From Syncephalis fuscata S228 (lineage: Eukaryota; Fungi; Zoopagomycota): 64,000 nt of DNA. The DNA lies in assembly GCA_025786725.1 (NCBI GenBank), contig JAHLTZ010000005.1:434001-498000 (forward strand), read 5' to 3'. Within the stretch, counting starts at the first letter, position 1. The number at the start of each line of letters is the position of its first letter. The notes below the pieces were generated by a model, which saw nothing but the letters and a program-made list of their open reading frames with translations, did not search any database and was not told the DNA's origin. Positions 12,947 through 26,203 of this stretch are shown piece after piece. Position numbers and translations under genes: made by a program.

Positions 12947-14086
12947 ATGGTAAATGTAGTTAAACTCCGTCGTAAAGCATCTGCCGTCTTGAATACGCGG
13001 AAGGCAGATAATAATAATAGGATAAAGCCGAAAAGCTTAGAATCTATGGAGAATAATATTGGTTCAGCCATACAACTAAATGCTTTAAATACCTCTACTG
13101 AATGGTGGCCGGGTATGTCAAAGTATGTGTTACCTGCGGGCGGACATGCTAAGCACAACTCTTCAATATCCACCAATGAAGAGGTAAATTACTCGACGCT
13201 ACCCAATCGTAGTTATTATAATAGACGGGGCCGTAGTAATAGTCCTAGTAGCAGCAATAGCGGCAGTAGCAATAATAGTAAATTAACTAATGCTATGATT
13301 GAAGAGCCAATAATAGTTACACAGCCCTATTCAGTAATGGCACATTCAAAAATGAAGACATTGGAGCGTATTACTTCAATGATTATGCCACGTCGTAATC
13401 GTTCAGAGACAAAAAATAACCTGGCGGTCAATTCATCATCACTAATGACTCAAACAACGGATAAACAATGTATACGTCGTTATCCACGTTTTGGTGCATT
13501 TTTACGTAAATTGGCGCACTTACACCGACCGTCATTTACACCACGTAAAGTGGCAGCAGTAACTACAACAGCAGCAAATAATTTCATTGCACCGTCTACA
13601 CGATTTTACGATCCAATTCGTTTGGCCGACCCATTACCAAGTAGACAATTTTTCATTGATCCACGCCAGCTACAATTCTCCTTACCGTGTATTCCTGACT
13701 CGTTTGCCGATGGTCCTCGCCTTGATAATTTAGTCCGTGCCATACGGACCAATCGACTATCCATTACTGCGTTAATGCCTTTACGGGTACGTCGTGACAC
13801 TACTGGCCAATTGTATGCCATTGATTGCCGTCGATTATACGTGTTACGTAAGGCCAATATTGCACTAGCAACTGCAATAGAAATACCACACGTCATGACC
13901 GAAGAAGAGGTCGAACGGGCCGGTGGTGACAGTATCCGCTTAATGTGCACCTATAATGATACGGACACTTCATCAAGCACCATTACTGCTAATCCATCAT
14001 CTTGTCCCGTGGATCATGTTAAGGAGGAGATCTTTCAGCTTATTGCAGAGATTACCGCAATGCCGACACTTGTCCAAAATACTTAA
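12947..14086 (+). CDS. Single-exon protein: long basic/disordered N-terminus plus C-terminal ParB/Srx-like (polymorphic-toxin-type) domain
   Basis: 379-aa ORF. FIDPRQLQFS..CIPDSFADG..LDNLV..I......LMPLRV...TGQLYAIDCRRLYVLR...GDSIRL resembles the Tox-ParB-like pattern idP..irFsQ..i...F.dG......pPirV....g.lyslDNRRL. Confidence 0.7.
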   Translation: MVNVVKLRRKASAVLNTRKADNNNRIKPKSLESMENNIGSAIQLNALNTSTEWWPGMSKYVLPAGGHAKHNSSISTNEEVNYSTLPNRSYYNRRGRSNSPSSSNSGSSNNSKLTNAMIEEPIIVTQPYSVMAHSKMKTLERITSMIMPRRNRSETKNNLAVNSSSLMTQTTDKQCIRRYPRFGAFLRKLAHLHRPSFTPRKVAAVTTTAANNFIAPSTRFYDPIRLADPLPSRQFFIDPRQLQFSLPCIPDSFADGPRLDNLVRAIRTNRLSITALMPLRVRRDTTGQLYAIDCRRLYVLRKANIALATAIEIPHVMTEEEVERAGGDSIRLMCTYNDTDTSSSTITANPSSCPVDHVKEEIFQLIAEITAMPTLVQNT

Positions 14087-14209
14087 TGCTTGTTGATCTT
14101 CGTGCACCACCATCTATCTATCCGCTGTTCATACAAGACAATCATCCATTTCATATCTTTAAGTAAATAATGTGCATAACGTTTATTAAATTTGTATATG
14201 TTGTAAATG

Positions 14210-15393
14210 CTATCCTTGTTGTTTGGCCATCAATTTCTGGAATACAGCGAATTCTCGTTTAACGAGTTCAGGACGTGCTTCTAATAGCCAGTCCTTGGCC
14301 AATTTCTCATATCCCTGCATTTACAAATATTTAACTATATGACTGATAAGCAACTAATTAACTCACCAAGCTAGAAAGATATTGTCGATCCGGGGTAAAT
14401 AGATCCGTGCGATTGAATTCAAAATACTCTGAATCAATACGCGGTCCTGCTTTAATATAATCTGGTGCTCTAAAATACATTTAAATATTAATTGCTTTAT
14501 GCTGTTAATAAAAACATACGTTTTAAAATATTCCTGTAAAAGATCATTACAAACTACATTATTGCTTGGCTCATCGGTATCGGATGCATTATCGTGCATA
14601 GTAGAAAGATTGACCAAGTAGACAAGACGACTACCATGTTGTCCTAAAATTTCACAAACGGCTCGTAGATTCTCGATGGTTTGCTTTGAACTGATCTTCA
14701 TTCTAGATGGTATAAATAGATTACTATCATCTACTAATCACTGCTCACACTACTTACTCGCTATCATGTGATCCAAGAATAACCATGGCTATTTCTGCCT
14801 CAATGGCCGTCTTTTCCTTTAAAACTGTTTCGATTAGAGACTCGGTCTGGGCATTAGAGGTTAGCATGCTATCTACTAGTATGCACGATGCGTGTGCGCG
14901 TGTACCTTGGATCCGTCCACATGGGATGTGGGTGCCCAGTCTGCTGAAGTAGTTCCAAACTGACCACGATTCATTACACGCCAACTCTGACGGATGGCCG
15001 TTTCTCGTCGTATACACGACTCCATATAGCCGGCAACGCCTAGAATAATGTTAGATACAATAATGCAATTCACCCTTTGTGTATATTGTCATTTACCTGG
15101 TGTAGAGGCTTTCCATTTATCGCCGAAGCCAAATGCGTTGCCGTCACCTGTTTATTCATCAGTTCAATCAATCGTTGTACGTTTAATAAAGCTCGCAAGA
15201 CATACCGACAATCAGAATAGTATGTTCTCGTGAATCTTTACGCGGATATGGATTCAGTATCCACTAAGACAATATACGAATGAGAAGTAGCTGGTAATGA
15301 TTAGAAAATACTTACACGAATATAATACATACGAAACAGTGTAAAGTAATGACAGATGCGCGCCCATAGCGTTTTAAGCGTTTGAACCACCAT
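14210..15393 (-). CDS. SGNH/GDSL hydrolase-fold protein, catalytic residues apparently substituted; 7 exons
   Basis: Spliced: MVVQTLKTLWARICHYFTLFRMYYIR|WILNPYP..TILIVG|DGNAFGFGD..|..WRVMNRGQFGTTSADW..|..IAMVILGSHD..|..TIENLRAVC..|..DRQYLSSL|GYEKLAKDW. Blocks I, II, III and V are recognisable, with GDG instead of GDS and DRQY instead of DxxH. Confidence 0.7.
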
Positions 15394-15507
15394 GTCTTTA
15401 AGTACTAACTTAACAAAAGGGACAACAAATAAGAATAACAATTGAAATACTTGTGATAATTGCTAATGGTTTTAATCACTGCTGTTGTTATTATTGATGT
15501 CATTGGC

Positions 15508-16054
15508 TATTATTATACGAGAGCTATTTCACTTTGAGTCCCTAGCTTCAAACTGTGACAAAAAATTAATAATTCAAATAATAAACCGACAATCAGTTTT
15601 TACTACTGAGAAGTGTTATTTGTTGTAGTGCCACATCAACTCCGATTGAATTAATCAGTGTCAATTAATCTGCACTATTTTCAATATCCAATATTAGTTT
15701 TAATAAATGTTAAATAGTATTTCATGCTACTTACAATAAAATGTTATGATTTAATTATGCTGTTAATGCAACAGTAGAAGATTGGAAAATAGAAAAGACC
15801 ATTCAGGCGCAAGGAAATCACGCTGTACGTAGTAACAATAACAACAACTGCAGAACGATATGGAATTGCAATCAATGTCTTTTATTAATATTCAATCAAT
15901 CTTTCTACACATGGCCAACAATAATAATGATCGGCCTTGTGAATTTCAAGTAATCAAATGAAAACATTATAACTGTGTTTTGTTACAATTGATTTCAATT
16001 GAAACGAATTTTGCTTTGAAGACTTCAATGTGGGAGTCAAAGTAAAATAAAACC
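15508..16054 (+). repeat. Outer inverted repeat, left arm (~550 bp)
   Basis: Reverse complement of ~39510..40058; near-identical over most of its length and more diverged at the inner end. Confidence 0.92.
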
Positions 16055-16250
16055 AGTATTGGTATTTTATGTAGTTTTGAAAATGTAAATATCACCTTTA
16101 ATTTAATCTATTATAATTATTATATAGCTTTAATGGTCTATTTCACTATTGCAGATTAGTGTAAATATTATAACTACAATATTAATATAAATTTTAATGT
16201 ACACTCGTCAAATAAACGCAGTATTTTAATTAAATCAAATAAGCATGGAA

Positions 16251-18180
16251 TTAAAAATCGTCTGATTTGGAATAAGATGTAGACGTTTCAATGATTACAC
16301 TAGTTGCACCATAGTCTGTACTGTAGCTATTCTCTACAACATCGCTTTCAGATAAAAATAAAGAAGATTGGCTCGTTGACAAGGTAGATGTTGTCTCGGA
16401 ATTGTCTGGTTTATCTACTAGCAAGGTAAGCGTTTGTGACTGTGCATCTTCGCCAGTAGAATTTGATTCAGAATTGATAATATCAAGGGCAGGTCTAGTA
16501 CTGAATGATGGAATCGAGTCCTCACGACACCAGCGTACAGTTGATATTGGCATTGCTGAACGATTAGCCGTGGAAAATCCACTGGAAAACATCGACCCAA
16601 TAGTTGGACGAGAGTCGTTAGTGGCACGAGCAACGGTATTTGCTCGTTGAACTGGTGAAATCAACCAGTGCGGCTGCCAGGAACGCTGACTTGGCGTCAT
16701 ACGACGCCATTGATTTTTTACCCAGTCTGCCGCGGCAGGGCGTGGTGCAAATGGCGACTGTGGACCATTATCAGCACCTGTATTCCCAATGCCTTTTTCA
16801 ATATTCTGGTCTGCATCATGGCACATCCTACTGCTAGTCTCTCTATTTTCACTTCTAAAGGCAAATTGATAAGGTTGGTTCTTTTTTCGAATACGCCATT
16901 GCGTTTGGAATATAGTACCGACAACAATGCCTACTAGCCAGCCTGCCAATACACCATAGGCAGCAGGTCGAACACTGCGGAATCCTTTTGGTTGTCCTTC
17001 TAACAAAAGCTGCAATGCATTTGTAAATCCAGTGTTTGCCATACAGTCGATACCAAGAATGGTAACAAAAGCGCCGGCCGTCGCGGCTAACAATGCCATG
17101 GTAGCTCGACTGAAGAAAAAGGCAAAGCAGCCAAATCCGGCACCAACGATAGAGGTTGAGACACCGCGTAGTACGGCCAAAGTTGCTGGATTGCTGGGTG
17201 AATTGACTTCACTGAGTTCGACAAACCAAAATCCCAAGGATATACCAAGAATGATATTGGTTGCAATAAGCCCAATAATTGGTTGATAAGCGAATAAACT
17301 GGCGCCACCAAGTGCAAATAATAAAACAAAAAACACAAAGAATACACCACTTGGCGACAGAAATCCACCAATGCGCAAGGCTAGCGAATAGGAAAAGGAC
17401 CTGTAGTACAGCTGGCGATTAAATGGTGTACTTTATAACCAATTTCCACTTACCAATTAATAAAAATCCAGAAAGGAATAGTAATATACGTCGTCCAACT
17501 AGACCCAGCGCACATATAATAAAACCCAATAAGACATACGTGCATGCCGTCAATGTAGAATGTGGTGTAAGATAGAATACTATTGTACAGTAATTAGTCA
17601 AAAGTACACGTATTGATTGTATGGCATTACCTGCAGTAGCCAATGGATTGAATATAGTATTATGGGCAGCATCGATATCTACATCAGTACTGGTTGGAGT
17701 GCTACTGGGTGTTGGACTAGCGGAAGTTGAGCTTGCTGCCGGTGATGCAGTTTTAGTTTGTGAAGCAATCGGCGTGTTTGGAGCAAAGGCTGCAGTCGCT
17801 ATATTGTTTATAGTATTTGTAGGTGGATTGGTATCAAAATTGCTGGGAAAGATGGCCAATGGGCTTGGACTAGCTCCATGAGGTGTGTATTCCAATAATT
17901 GTGGACTATTTGGCACTACAACTAGTTCGGGAGAAGCTGAAGATGAATAGATGGTGGCCGATAACTCAGGTATGGCTGGAGGATCAGGAAGTAGCCATGT
18001 TTTGGCATCTGCCCATATATTGGTGGCATTTGCGGCCGGCAACTGCCAGCTTATCAATGCTAAACAGCTAATAGCAAACACAATACGATACAATGCAAAA
18101 AAGCGCTTCAAGCCTTGACGGTGACGACGACGATTGGCGCACACCAGGCTGCACGGCAGCTCATGGCCATGTTGCTTCAT
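16251..18180 (-). CDS. DUF4203 / TM7S3-TMEM198 domain membrane protein, paralog 1
   Basis: Signal-like segment, S/T/P-rich linker, then GFIICALGLVGRRILLFLSGF (intron 17453..17401), Gly-rich TM helices, ATAGAFVTILGIDC, and a disordered Ser-rich tail. Confidence 0.75.
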
Positions 18181-19755
18181 ACTACTAGCTAACGCACTAT
18201 TATCAATAGCGTTGACGAGGCGTGTTAAATTCTATATAGGCACGCGGAAGTGTTAATCTAGAAACATGAAGAGTAGGATAGGTTCAATGGTGCTCGTTAG
18301 TAGTTAAACAGAATTCTATCGGCAACCGCAGACATGGCAGCGGCTAATGTTAAATACATTAAAGGTTACCGAGGACCCAATACGGTATCCATGACAATCA
18401 GCTAAGCGGCAGTCTAATGTTATATCCAACGTAGACATTTATAAGTAAATCTGACGCCGTTGTGTAAACATAAACATCACGTTGTCACATAACAACAATT
18501 GCTTTTTGAGTGATCTACATAAACATTTTATTGTGCAAATCAATAATTGCCATTTACGCCTATTTCTGCTATGTCATTTGTATTGTATTTCCATTTGAAG
18601 TTGCCGATAACAAAGTCATATTAATAATGATGCGTCTTGGCCACGTCATGTCGTTCTATCCTATTGTATTCACGTGAATACAATGTATTTAGATGGATAG
18701 CTGATATTTGCATGTGTCCAAATATCGCTGCTTGTCTTTGTTTTTTTTAGAAAGGCACGTTTCACAAAGTAACTGCCCCTTCCTTCCACATGAATATTCA
18801 CATTTGCGTTTGCACATTTGTTCTTCCATGTGCAAACGCACATGCATTAAACTCGAGATTTTTATGATTGGCCGATGCGTATTACTGTTGTACCCAACGA
18901 CGGTAGCTGGAAAAAGTACAAGGCAGCAACATTATAGCCAAAGAATGCGCGCCCGGCCTTGTGGAAGCAAACGGGTAGAAAACTTAGTATTTCTTTAATA
19001 AACTTGAATTTATATCATTTTGGCTAGGCCCATACTAAACAAGTATCCATGTGCCTATTTTATATAATAATAGCGGTTTTTCTATACTCATTTGTCGCTG
19101 CTTCGGGCTTTCAATCGGTAGAGGCCGATACTCGGCAACTCTCCTTGGTTTGAACACTAAAAGGGAATACTGCGGCAATCAATTTGAATTCACAGCAAAA
19201 CCTGCCTTTGTGGCGGGCCTTGGATTGGATGTGCTCACAATGCACGCATCTGCACTCATGTGTCTCCACGCGTATTGATTGTGAGCTGATTACTGCTAAT
19301 GTTTCGTGACTACGAGCATGGCTTTTTTTGGTGGTGTATTTGCCCCTTACCATACATTAAAGATATTGTTGTGTGCGTGTATATATATATACCATTGCTT
19401 ATTCCGATACATAATAGATCCAACATCATTAATTGTCATTGTTGCTGCCATTTTTTTGCTTAATCTATTTTTTACACTACACTAATACACTAGTTTGCGT
19501 CGTCTACCGTATATAACATTAATTTTTGTTTTGTTGCACGCAACTTGTCGTTGCCACGGCGTTCAATCATACTACGTGCCTATTATTGCCAATAGCTGGT
19601 GTATACGCCTAGCTATATCACTAATAGCACAAATAATACTTGTATCAAACATTTATTGCTAGAAACTATCATTTGTTTGATCATAGACAAAGTATTGATG
19701 TTAATCAACTTTATCTAGTGACCATTGAAATACTATCAAATTACTAAACGACACA

Positions 19756-21507
19756 ATGTCGGCTATTCCACCTCTTATAGCCGTCGATGAAAAAAGAAAT
19801 CGACCAAATGTTCCATCCGCATCGGCAACACCCGCTATGCGTGGCCGCAAGCCGCCAGCACTACAGATGAATCAATCAAATGGCGTTAGTAGTAGAGGTA
19901 GGAAACCTCCACCGTCTATTCCCATTATGCCTACTTCTGCTGGAGCTATTAATGCGTCGTCGCAAGAATTGGCCAATAACTTCTGGTCTTCTTCCGGACC
20001 AGGTAGTGATTCATCGATGCCAAAATCAGCACGCATTGCCGTTGGTGCAAGTGCCCCTAGTCCAGGCAGCCCGGTACCAGCTCCGCGGCCGTCAACAGCA
20101 GGAGCGGCTGCAGCAACACTTTTAAAAATCCACGGTCGTCCATCACCTGGTCCTCAATCGCCCGACACGGAAGGTACCAACCCATTTACTGCAAATGCAC
20201 CGCCTGTCATAACACCGCCACCACGTACATCATCTTTATCACCGCAAAGTTCACCGACTACTATACGAGCTCGCGGATTCCCCTTACCTAAAGATAATGC
20301 CACTGCTCCGAATAATAGCCAGCAGCAACAGCAACAGCAGCAGCATAATAATAATAGCCCGATGGGAAAACCCATGGTACCAGCAATGGGTAATGTTATG
20401 CGTAAAATACAGTCACAGCCATCGTTAGGCCCATTAAAGCAATCAGTCAGTCGTGGTCCCTCTCAAGCGCCTATTAATGGTAAATCACCTGCAGAGGATA
20501 CTGCTGGTTCTAATGGGCTAAATGGTCGATCGACCGCCAATCGTTGGCGCCCAGCCCCACCGCCTCCGACGTCATTGACTTCGAATACGGCATCACATCC
20601 AATAACGCCAAATGCATCAATGAAAAAGCCGTCCACACCACCATCTATGTCGACGGCTATGGCAGCTCGTGCAGCGACTACTTTAAAGCCAAAAATGTCT
20701 GCGCCCAATTTGTCTTTACCATCACCAAAAACACCTCGCTGCGTCATTCCCCCGCCTCCATTTGATCCACCACCGGAGCATTTGATTAAGGCACAGCAAC
20801 AAGAACAGCTGCGACAACATGGTCAGGTTGGTTCGCCTGGACTATCCCCTACCTCGCCTAGAGCTGGTAATTTGGCGACTCGACCCATCGAATTACAGCG
20901 TAGTCATAGTGCGGGTTCTGTAGCACAGTCTGCCAACACTAAGGGCAATGTATCGCCATCGGCACCAGCCAAACCGGCTCAAATGCCACTACTTCGTGCT
21001 ACATCGATGAATTCGAAGCCACCGCTTCGTCCAGCTCCCAGTGCTAGCGCAGCACCACCAACACCACCTTCTAATATCAATATCAATTCAACAAATCCAG
21101 CCGATTGGGAACCACGCCCACTTGGCTATCGCATATCCAATAACAATACAAATACAAATACAATTATATCATCAGCATCCTCTATTGCATCTAACGATCA
21201 GCCATCACCTCAACGTGGTTGGCGCTCACGAGCAGAAGAATCTTTAGCATCTGAATCTACACCCAAAACAACCGAACCAAAAGCCGCTGCATCTGCTATG
21301 TCAACCAATACAGAGGGTGGCAAAACATGTGACAAATGTAATGGTAAGTAAATATTTTCTATTTAATATACATAATTAGTTTATTAACAATATACCGTAA
21401 TAATAGGATCAGGCATTCGCACCATTACTCAAATATCAATAGGTCCATCCACAGCCGGCAATTCTGTATGTTCCCGGTGTAGAGGCAAAGGAGTATTACG
21501 AGGATAA
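19756..21507 (+). CDS. Pro/Ser-rich disordered protein ending in a DnaJ-type CxxCxGxG zinc-finger pair
   Basis: 531-aa low-complexity ORF. Splicing (intron ~21344-21406) gives CDKCNG|SGIRTITQISIGPSTAGNSVCSRCRGKGVLRG*. Confidence 0.8.
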
Positions 21508-21746
21508 AGCGAGTATTTAATAATAAATGTTTACTATTTTATTTCTATTTAAAAATAGCCCAAATATACTAACTTATTGTTGTTATATTAAAATAATGTT
21601 TATTTCACAACGTTAAAAACAACGCAAAAATAGCATGTCACAATAATCGATGCACTATATTCAAACAAAAGATATGCGTATTGAGGTTCTAGCTAAGAAG
21701 ACAAAAGTAAATGGTTATAAATTCCAGCCATTGTCCAGTCTAGTAA

Positions 21747-24442
21747 TTATTCTTCTTCATCCTCGTCCTCTTCATCTTCGTCGTCCTCTTCATCGTCTTC
21801 TTTATCATCTTCCTCTGAATTTGATTCATAGTGTAAAAGTTCTATGTCGTCATTTGCTGCTAATAGCACGGCACGGACGAGGTAGGTCCCCATCTATTAA
21901 AACGTTTACCATTATATAAATACTAATCGACCATCTAATCAACACTTACATGCGAATGGTATGATCATCACTGGCCGATGCAAATATACTGGGATTCTTT
22001 GGATGCCAACTAATATCGTTGACTGCCATCGAGTGTCCTTTAAGTGTAGAAATCAATTTACCGCTTTCTCGATGCCATAAACAAACATTAAAATCTACGT
22101 CATTCATTTATTAGTGTCCACACACACATATATATAAACATCCCCTTATAACAGTTTACCTTCACTGCCGCTGGCCACAAATGCTTCATCAACACCACCA
22201 AAACAGGATCTAATAACAAAACGGCTTTGTGTATGGCCATGATATCGATGGACTAGCTTTTTGTTATCCAAATCCCAAATGGTCAATGGCTATATATATA
22301 TATATACCAATATATTAATCAATTTACTCCATCAATATTTGACCAACTACTTGCCTGTGATTCAAGACCAAGAAGTGCATAACGTGCATCTTCTGATAAT
22401 AACACAGAGTTGATATTTGATCTAGTTGAATTGTACTACAATATATGCAGTATTAGTGCTATTACTAATATTAAATATGATATTTACCAAACTAAGCTCT
22501 TGATGGAATATCATAGACTCGAAGTCTTTGATCTTGACTTGCCGTAACCAATCGCTTACTGTCCTTACTGACATCAAGATCGGTCACACGACCTATCGTC
22601 CATTGGTGCTTTAATTCACCTTCCAAGTTCTATCCATTAATTGCGTAAATAATCAACACTTTCTATTAATAGTAAACGATGCTACTTACCCAAAGAAACA
22701 CTTCTCTATCTAGTCCACCTGTAATAAATGAATCATCTTCAAGCCATGCACCGGCCACCACATGTTCTTTATGGCGATCGATATTTAAATACATGTACCA
22801 CTCTAACTAATTAGAACAGTTTATAATCCACCAGTTCACGCTAACTTACTTGTACATTCCATACACGGGCATGCTTATCATTACTGCACGTAAGTAGCCG
22901 TGTATCATCGTGGGACCACGCAGCAAATGTCACCTCGCCTGTATGTCCCTCAAGTCGGTGTAATTGTTGGTAATTCTAATTAACCATATATCATTAGATT
23001 AAAGTGTTTAACAATACGCGTCAATTGAATACGTACTTCAGTATCCCATATAATTGTTGTACGATCTCTTGAAGTAGATGCCAAATAGCGGCCATTATGT
23101 GAAAAAGCAACACACCAAACTTCATCGGTATGGCTCGTTAATCGATAGTGTGTTTCCTGAGGCATATGACGTTGATCACAACAATGATCACCAAATAGTG
23201 AAATCGACTGGTCTAGCGCATTATGATAGACACATCGACGTGTTTGTTCGCGAATTGCTTGGCGTAATACAGTTTCCAATCTACCATACGGAATCATACG
23301 ATCGGGCGATATGTGTTGTTGTAATAAGCGAAGTAGATCAGTTCGTGAACTGCCATGCTGTCCATCCCATGCTGCACGTTTATATAGCTCTTCACGAGAT
23401 GACATTAGTAGTGAGGAGAGTAGGTGTAGTTGAGCTGGATTATATTGAAGTGGTGTTAATTCTTGTCTTAATACTGCAAGTGCCTCTTTCATCTGGCGTC
23501 GTTCAAGATATTCAAGGTATTTTTGTCGTCGAATATAAAACTGTCCCTCGGCACGATGTGTCATATCATAGCCAATAGTTGGCAATAGTGCTTCTACCAT
23601 ATCCATTGACCGTGAATTACACACTGTCGAAACTGTGTTGCTGTAGAATCTTCGGCATTATAGCCCGATTCTTGTTGTAATAAAGATGCTGATTCACTGA
23701 TTAAATGTATAAATCAGTATTTATAACTGCTATAATACTTTATATAATTAGCCTACCTGTAGCCCAATCTTGTAGTGTTTGTTGCATTAAACGAACCAGT
23801 TCTTCTCTACGAAAGCCCCCGGTGTCATAGTTGATTCTGAAGAGCGCGCTCTACCATTTCCATTGATAACGCCATTACTGCCATTGCCATGATTGGTATT
23901 GCTTGTCTTGCCTGACCCCGCCTCTGTTTCTACAATCATACCGTTATTGTTTTGTACTGCAGATGTAGTTCCTGCAGTGCTCGTACTTGAATCGATCAAC
24001 TCAGATCCGTGCAGCTTGTCTGTACTATTCAACGACTCGACAATCATACCAGAGGCACCGAGTGTGCTAGCACCACCTGGATCGATACGTACTCGTTTCA
24101 ATGCAGGCTGTGTGTTCGTATCGCTTGGTAGATCGCTAGTGTCAAGTGGACGTACTAGTGCTGAAGTCGAGGTAAAGCGAGAATTAAAAGAAGATTGTGA
24201 CTGAGTAGAAATAGATTGCACAGAAGTACTAGTAGCTGAATCCAAAGGTTGGATGATGTAAGGAGACAAGTTATCTGTCGCGTGTTCAGTTTGATATGTA
24301 TTCAGTGATGTTGATTCGGTATTTGCAGGCGATGAGATAGCAGATGTAGTGGCTATAATAGATTTGATGCATGGGTTGTTGGGTTGCTTGCGTGGTCGGC
24401 AACAGCGGCGAGCAATGAAGGGTTGCGAGGAGAATTGGGCAT
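21747..24442 (-). CDS. WDR26: WD40 protein with LisH/CTLH region, WDR26/Gid7 subunit of the GID/CTLH E3 ligase
   Basis: FYIRRQKYLEYLE...ALAVLRQELTPL...WDG..GSSR..LL..LQ..I....MIP.GRLE..L.QA...Q...C.YHN; then HTDEVWCVAFSHNGRYLASTSRD, further WD repeats over several exons, GHTQSRFVIRSCFGGVDEAFVASGSED, and an acidic tail. Confidence 0.9.
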
Positions 24443-25285
24443 GAACACTGGTACTAGAATCAACGTGGATCCTTGCTTAAAAGCAAGTAGGTTACCACAG
24501 TAAAGGAGTGAGCAAGATATATGATAGATAAAAGAAAGAAGGTCACGACTGTTTGCTCACACACACACACACATATATACGCGCACGCGCAGGAGACGTT
24601 ACGGAGGAAACAGTAAGGGGCGCGAGTTGTACTATCTCTTTTCTCTCTTTCTCTCTACGCCAAATGCTCAGCTGGGTACTCAGTGCTGTACCAAAGAAAA
24701 GTTGGTAGAAAACGGTCGTCGAGCTATTAGTGTTGTTAATAGCGCCGAGATTACAGAGAAAATTGGCTTATAGAACAGAAGAAAGGAAATTTCTTGGCTG
24801 TCGTGTAGATCAAGACAACACGTGACTGTCACTTGTTTACAAGTGGTACTTGAATACAGACGAGAAAGAAGCAGTATTTATGGAATGGAGACCAGAGTTA
24901 TATTGATCATTAGACAAGGTTGTTTGTAAAAAGAATGAGAACTCGTTGCCAAAAAGGCTATAATCGAATGAAGATTTATTATTGGCCATTAATAAAGTGT
25001 CAAAAGTACAATTTATTACCACATTTAAGCAGTTCTACTTGCGTAAAAAGTATTCATGGAGCACGCTTAATTGGCGCATCATATTTTGCAATTAAAGTTT
25101 CTTGTTACTTGTTTTCACATGATAAATATAATTAAATAAAGCGTATTGCCACTTTATTGTTGCGTTTAGCTTAGTTGGTAATAATTTAATATTTATTTTG
25201 GAGCAATCTACAATAATCAATAGAATAAAAATAAAGAGATATTAATATATCATGTCAAAATATCATTAGCCGCTAAGGCTACACA

Positions 25286-26203
25286 CTATTTGAGTGTTTT
25301 GTAAACGGCATCAATGCTTGCTTTCTCGATAATTCCTCGTTGTTGGCGCACTTGACTACTAATGGCTGCCTCCATGGCCTGTTGTAGGGCGGATTCGCGA
25401 TCGATCAATGCTTGACGTAGCGTATTGCAAGCAACGGTATGGCAGTCAGCGGACGGTGTAAATCCTTGATAGTGATTTAGATGCCAAGTGGAAGCAACAA
25501 CACGAACGAGGCTTTCTACAGAGCTGCGTTGCTGTTGCGCAACAGCGATAGCAACAGTTCGGTTTTTTATGCCAGTTTTACTGACTATATTTGACCGGGA
25601 ATTATTGCTTTTAGCAGCGGAAGCTTCATTCATTTTATCGTCGGTGCCCGGCCATTGTGGATCCAAGGTATCGCCATTCCGACTCGAATCGAGTAGGCCA
25701 AAAGTAGTTTGTCCAGCATTGCGAGCCATCGAATCCGATAAGTAGTGCATTAGATGATTGGCGTCAGTCTGACACGTTTGGCGTAGCTGCTCCACTATAG
25801 GGGCCATTTGCGGATCATTCCGATCAATGTTTAATGCCTTAATAGCCGTATTCAATGTTGAGTCAGCAAATTGCTGTGGGAATGTCGTTGATCGCAGTAT
25901 ATCTAAATTGGCATAGGCCACTGCGTCACGTGTGGCACGAGCCATATCGGCAGCTGGTCCGGTTGGCGGCGGTGTATTGGGCGCGGGAATGGGCGGTAAA
26001 TTAAGCCAGCGTCGCTTCAAAGGGGCATTTGCCGCTGTTGAAGAAATTGGCTTAGCCATTTTTAGTATAGAAAGATCACCGCCACTGCTTTCTATCAAAG
26101 TATTTGATTTAAAATGAGGATGGCCTAAGGTAGGTGCAGAAAAATAGTGTAGAACAATAGCACTAATAAGTAGTCCGTCGGTAGTCAACGAAGGGAAATA
26201 CAT
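25286..26203 (-). CDS. Secreted, probably helical protein of unknown function (single exon)
   Basis: ~305-aa ORF from the ATG at 26203; signal-like LLISAIVLHYFSAPTLG-HP; dibasic PLKRR after a pro-region; no recognised domain. Confidence 0.65.
   Translation of the reverse strand: MYFPSLTTDGLLISAIVLHYFSAPTLGHPHFKSNTLIESSGGDLSILKMAKPISSTAANAPLKRRWLNLPPIPAPNTPPPTGPAADMARATRDAVAYANLDILRSTTFPQQFADSTLNTAIKALNIDRNDPQMAPIVEQLRQTCQTDANHLMHYLSDSMARNAGQTTFGLLDSSRNGDTLDPQWPGTDDKMNEASAAKSNNSRSNIVSKTGIKNRTVAIAVAQQQRSSVESLVRVVASTWHLNHYQGFTPSADCHTVACNTLRQALIDRESALQQAMEAAISSQVRQQRGIIEKASIDAVYKTLK

Noticed and set aside
24840-25075. Coding-like plus-strand fragment with in-frame stops
   Set aside because: No recognisable motif; cannot be distinguished from intergenic DNA
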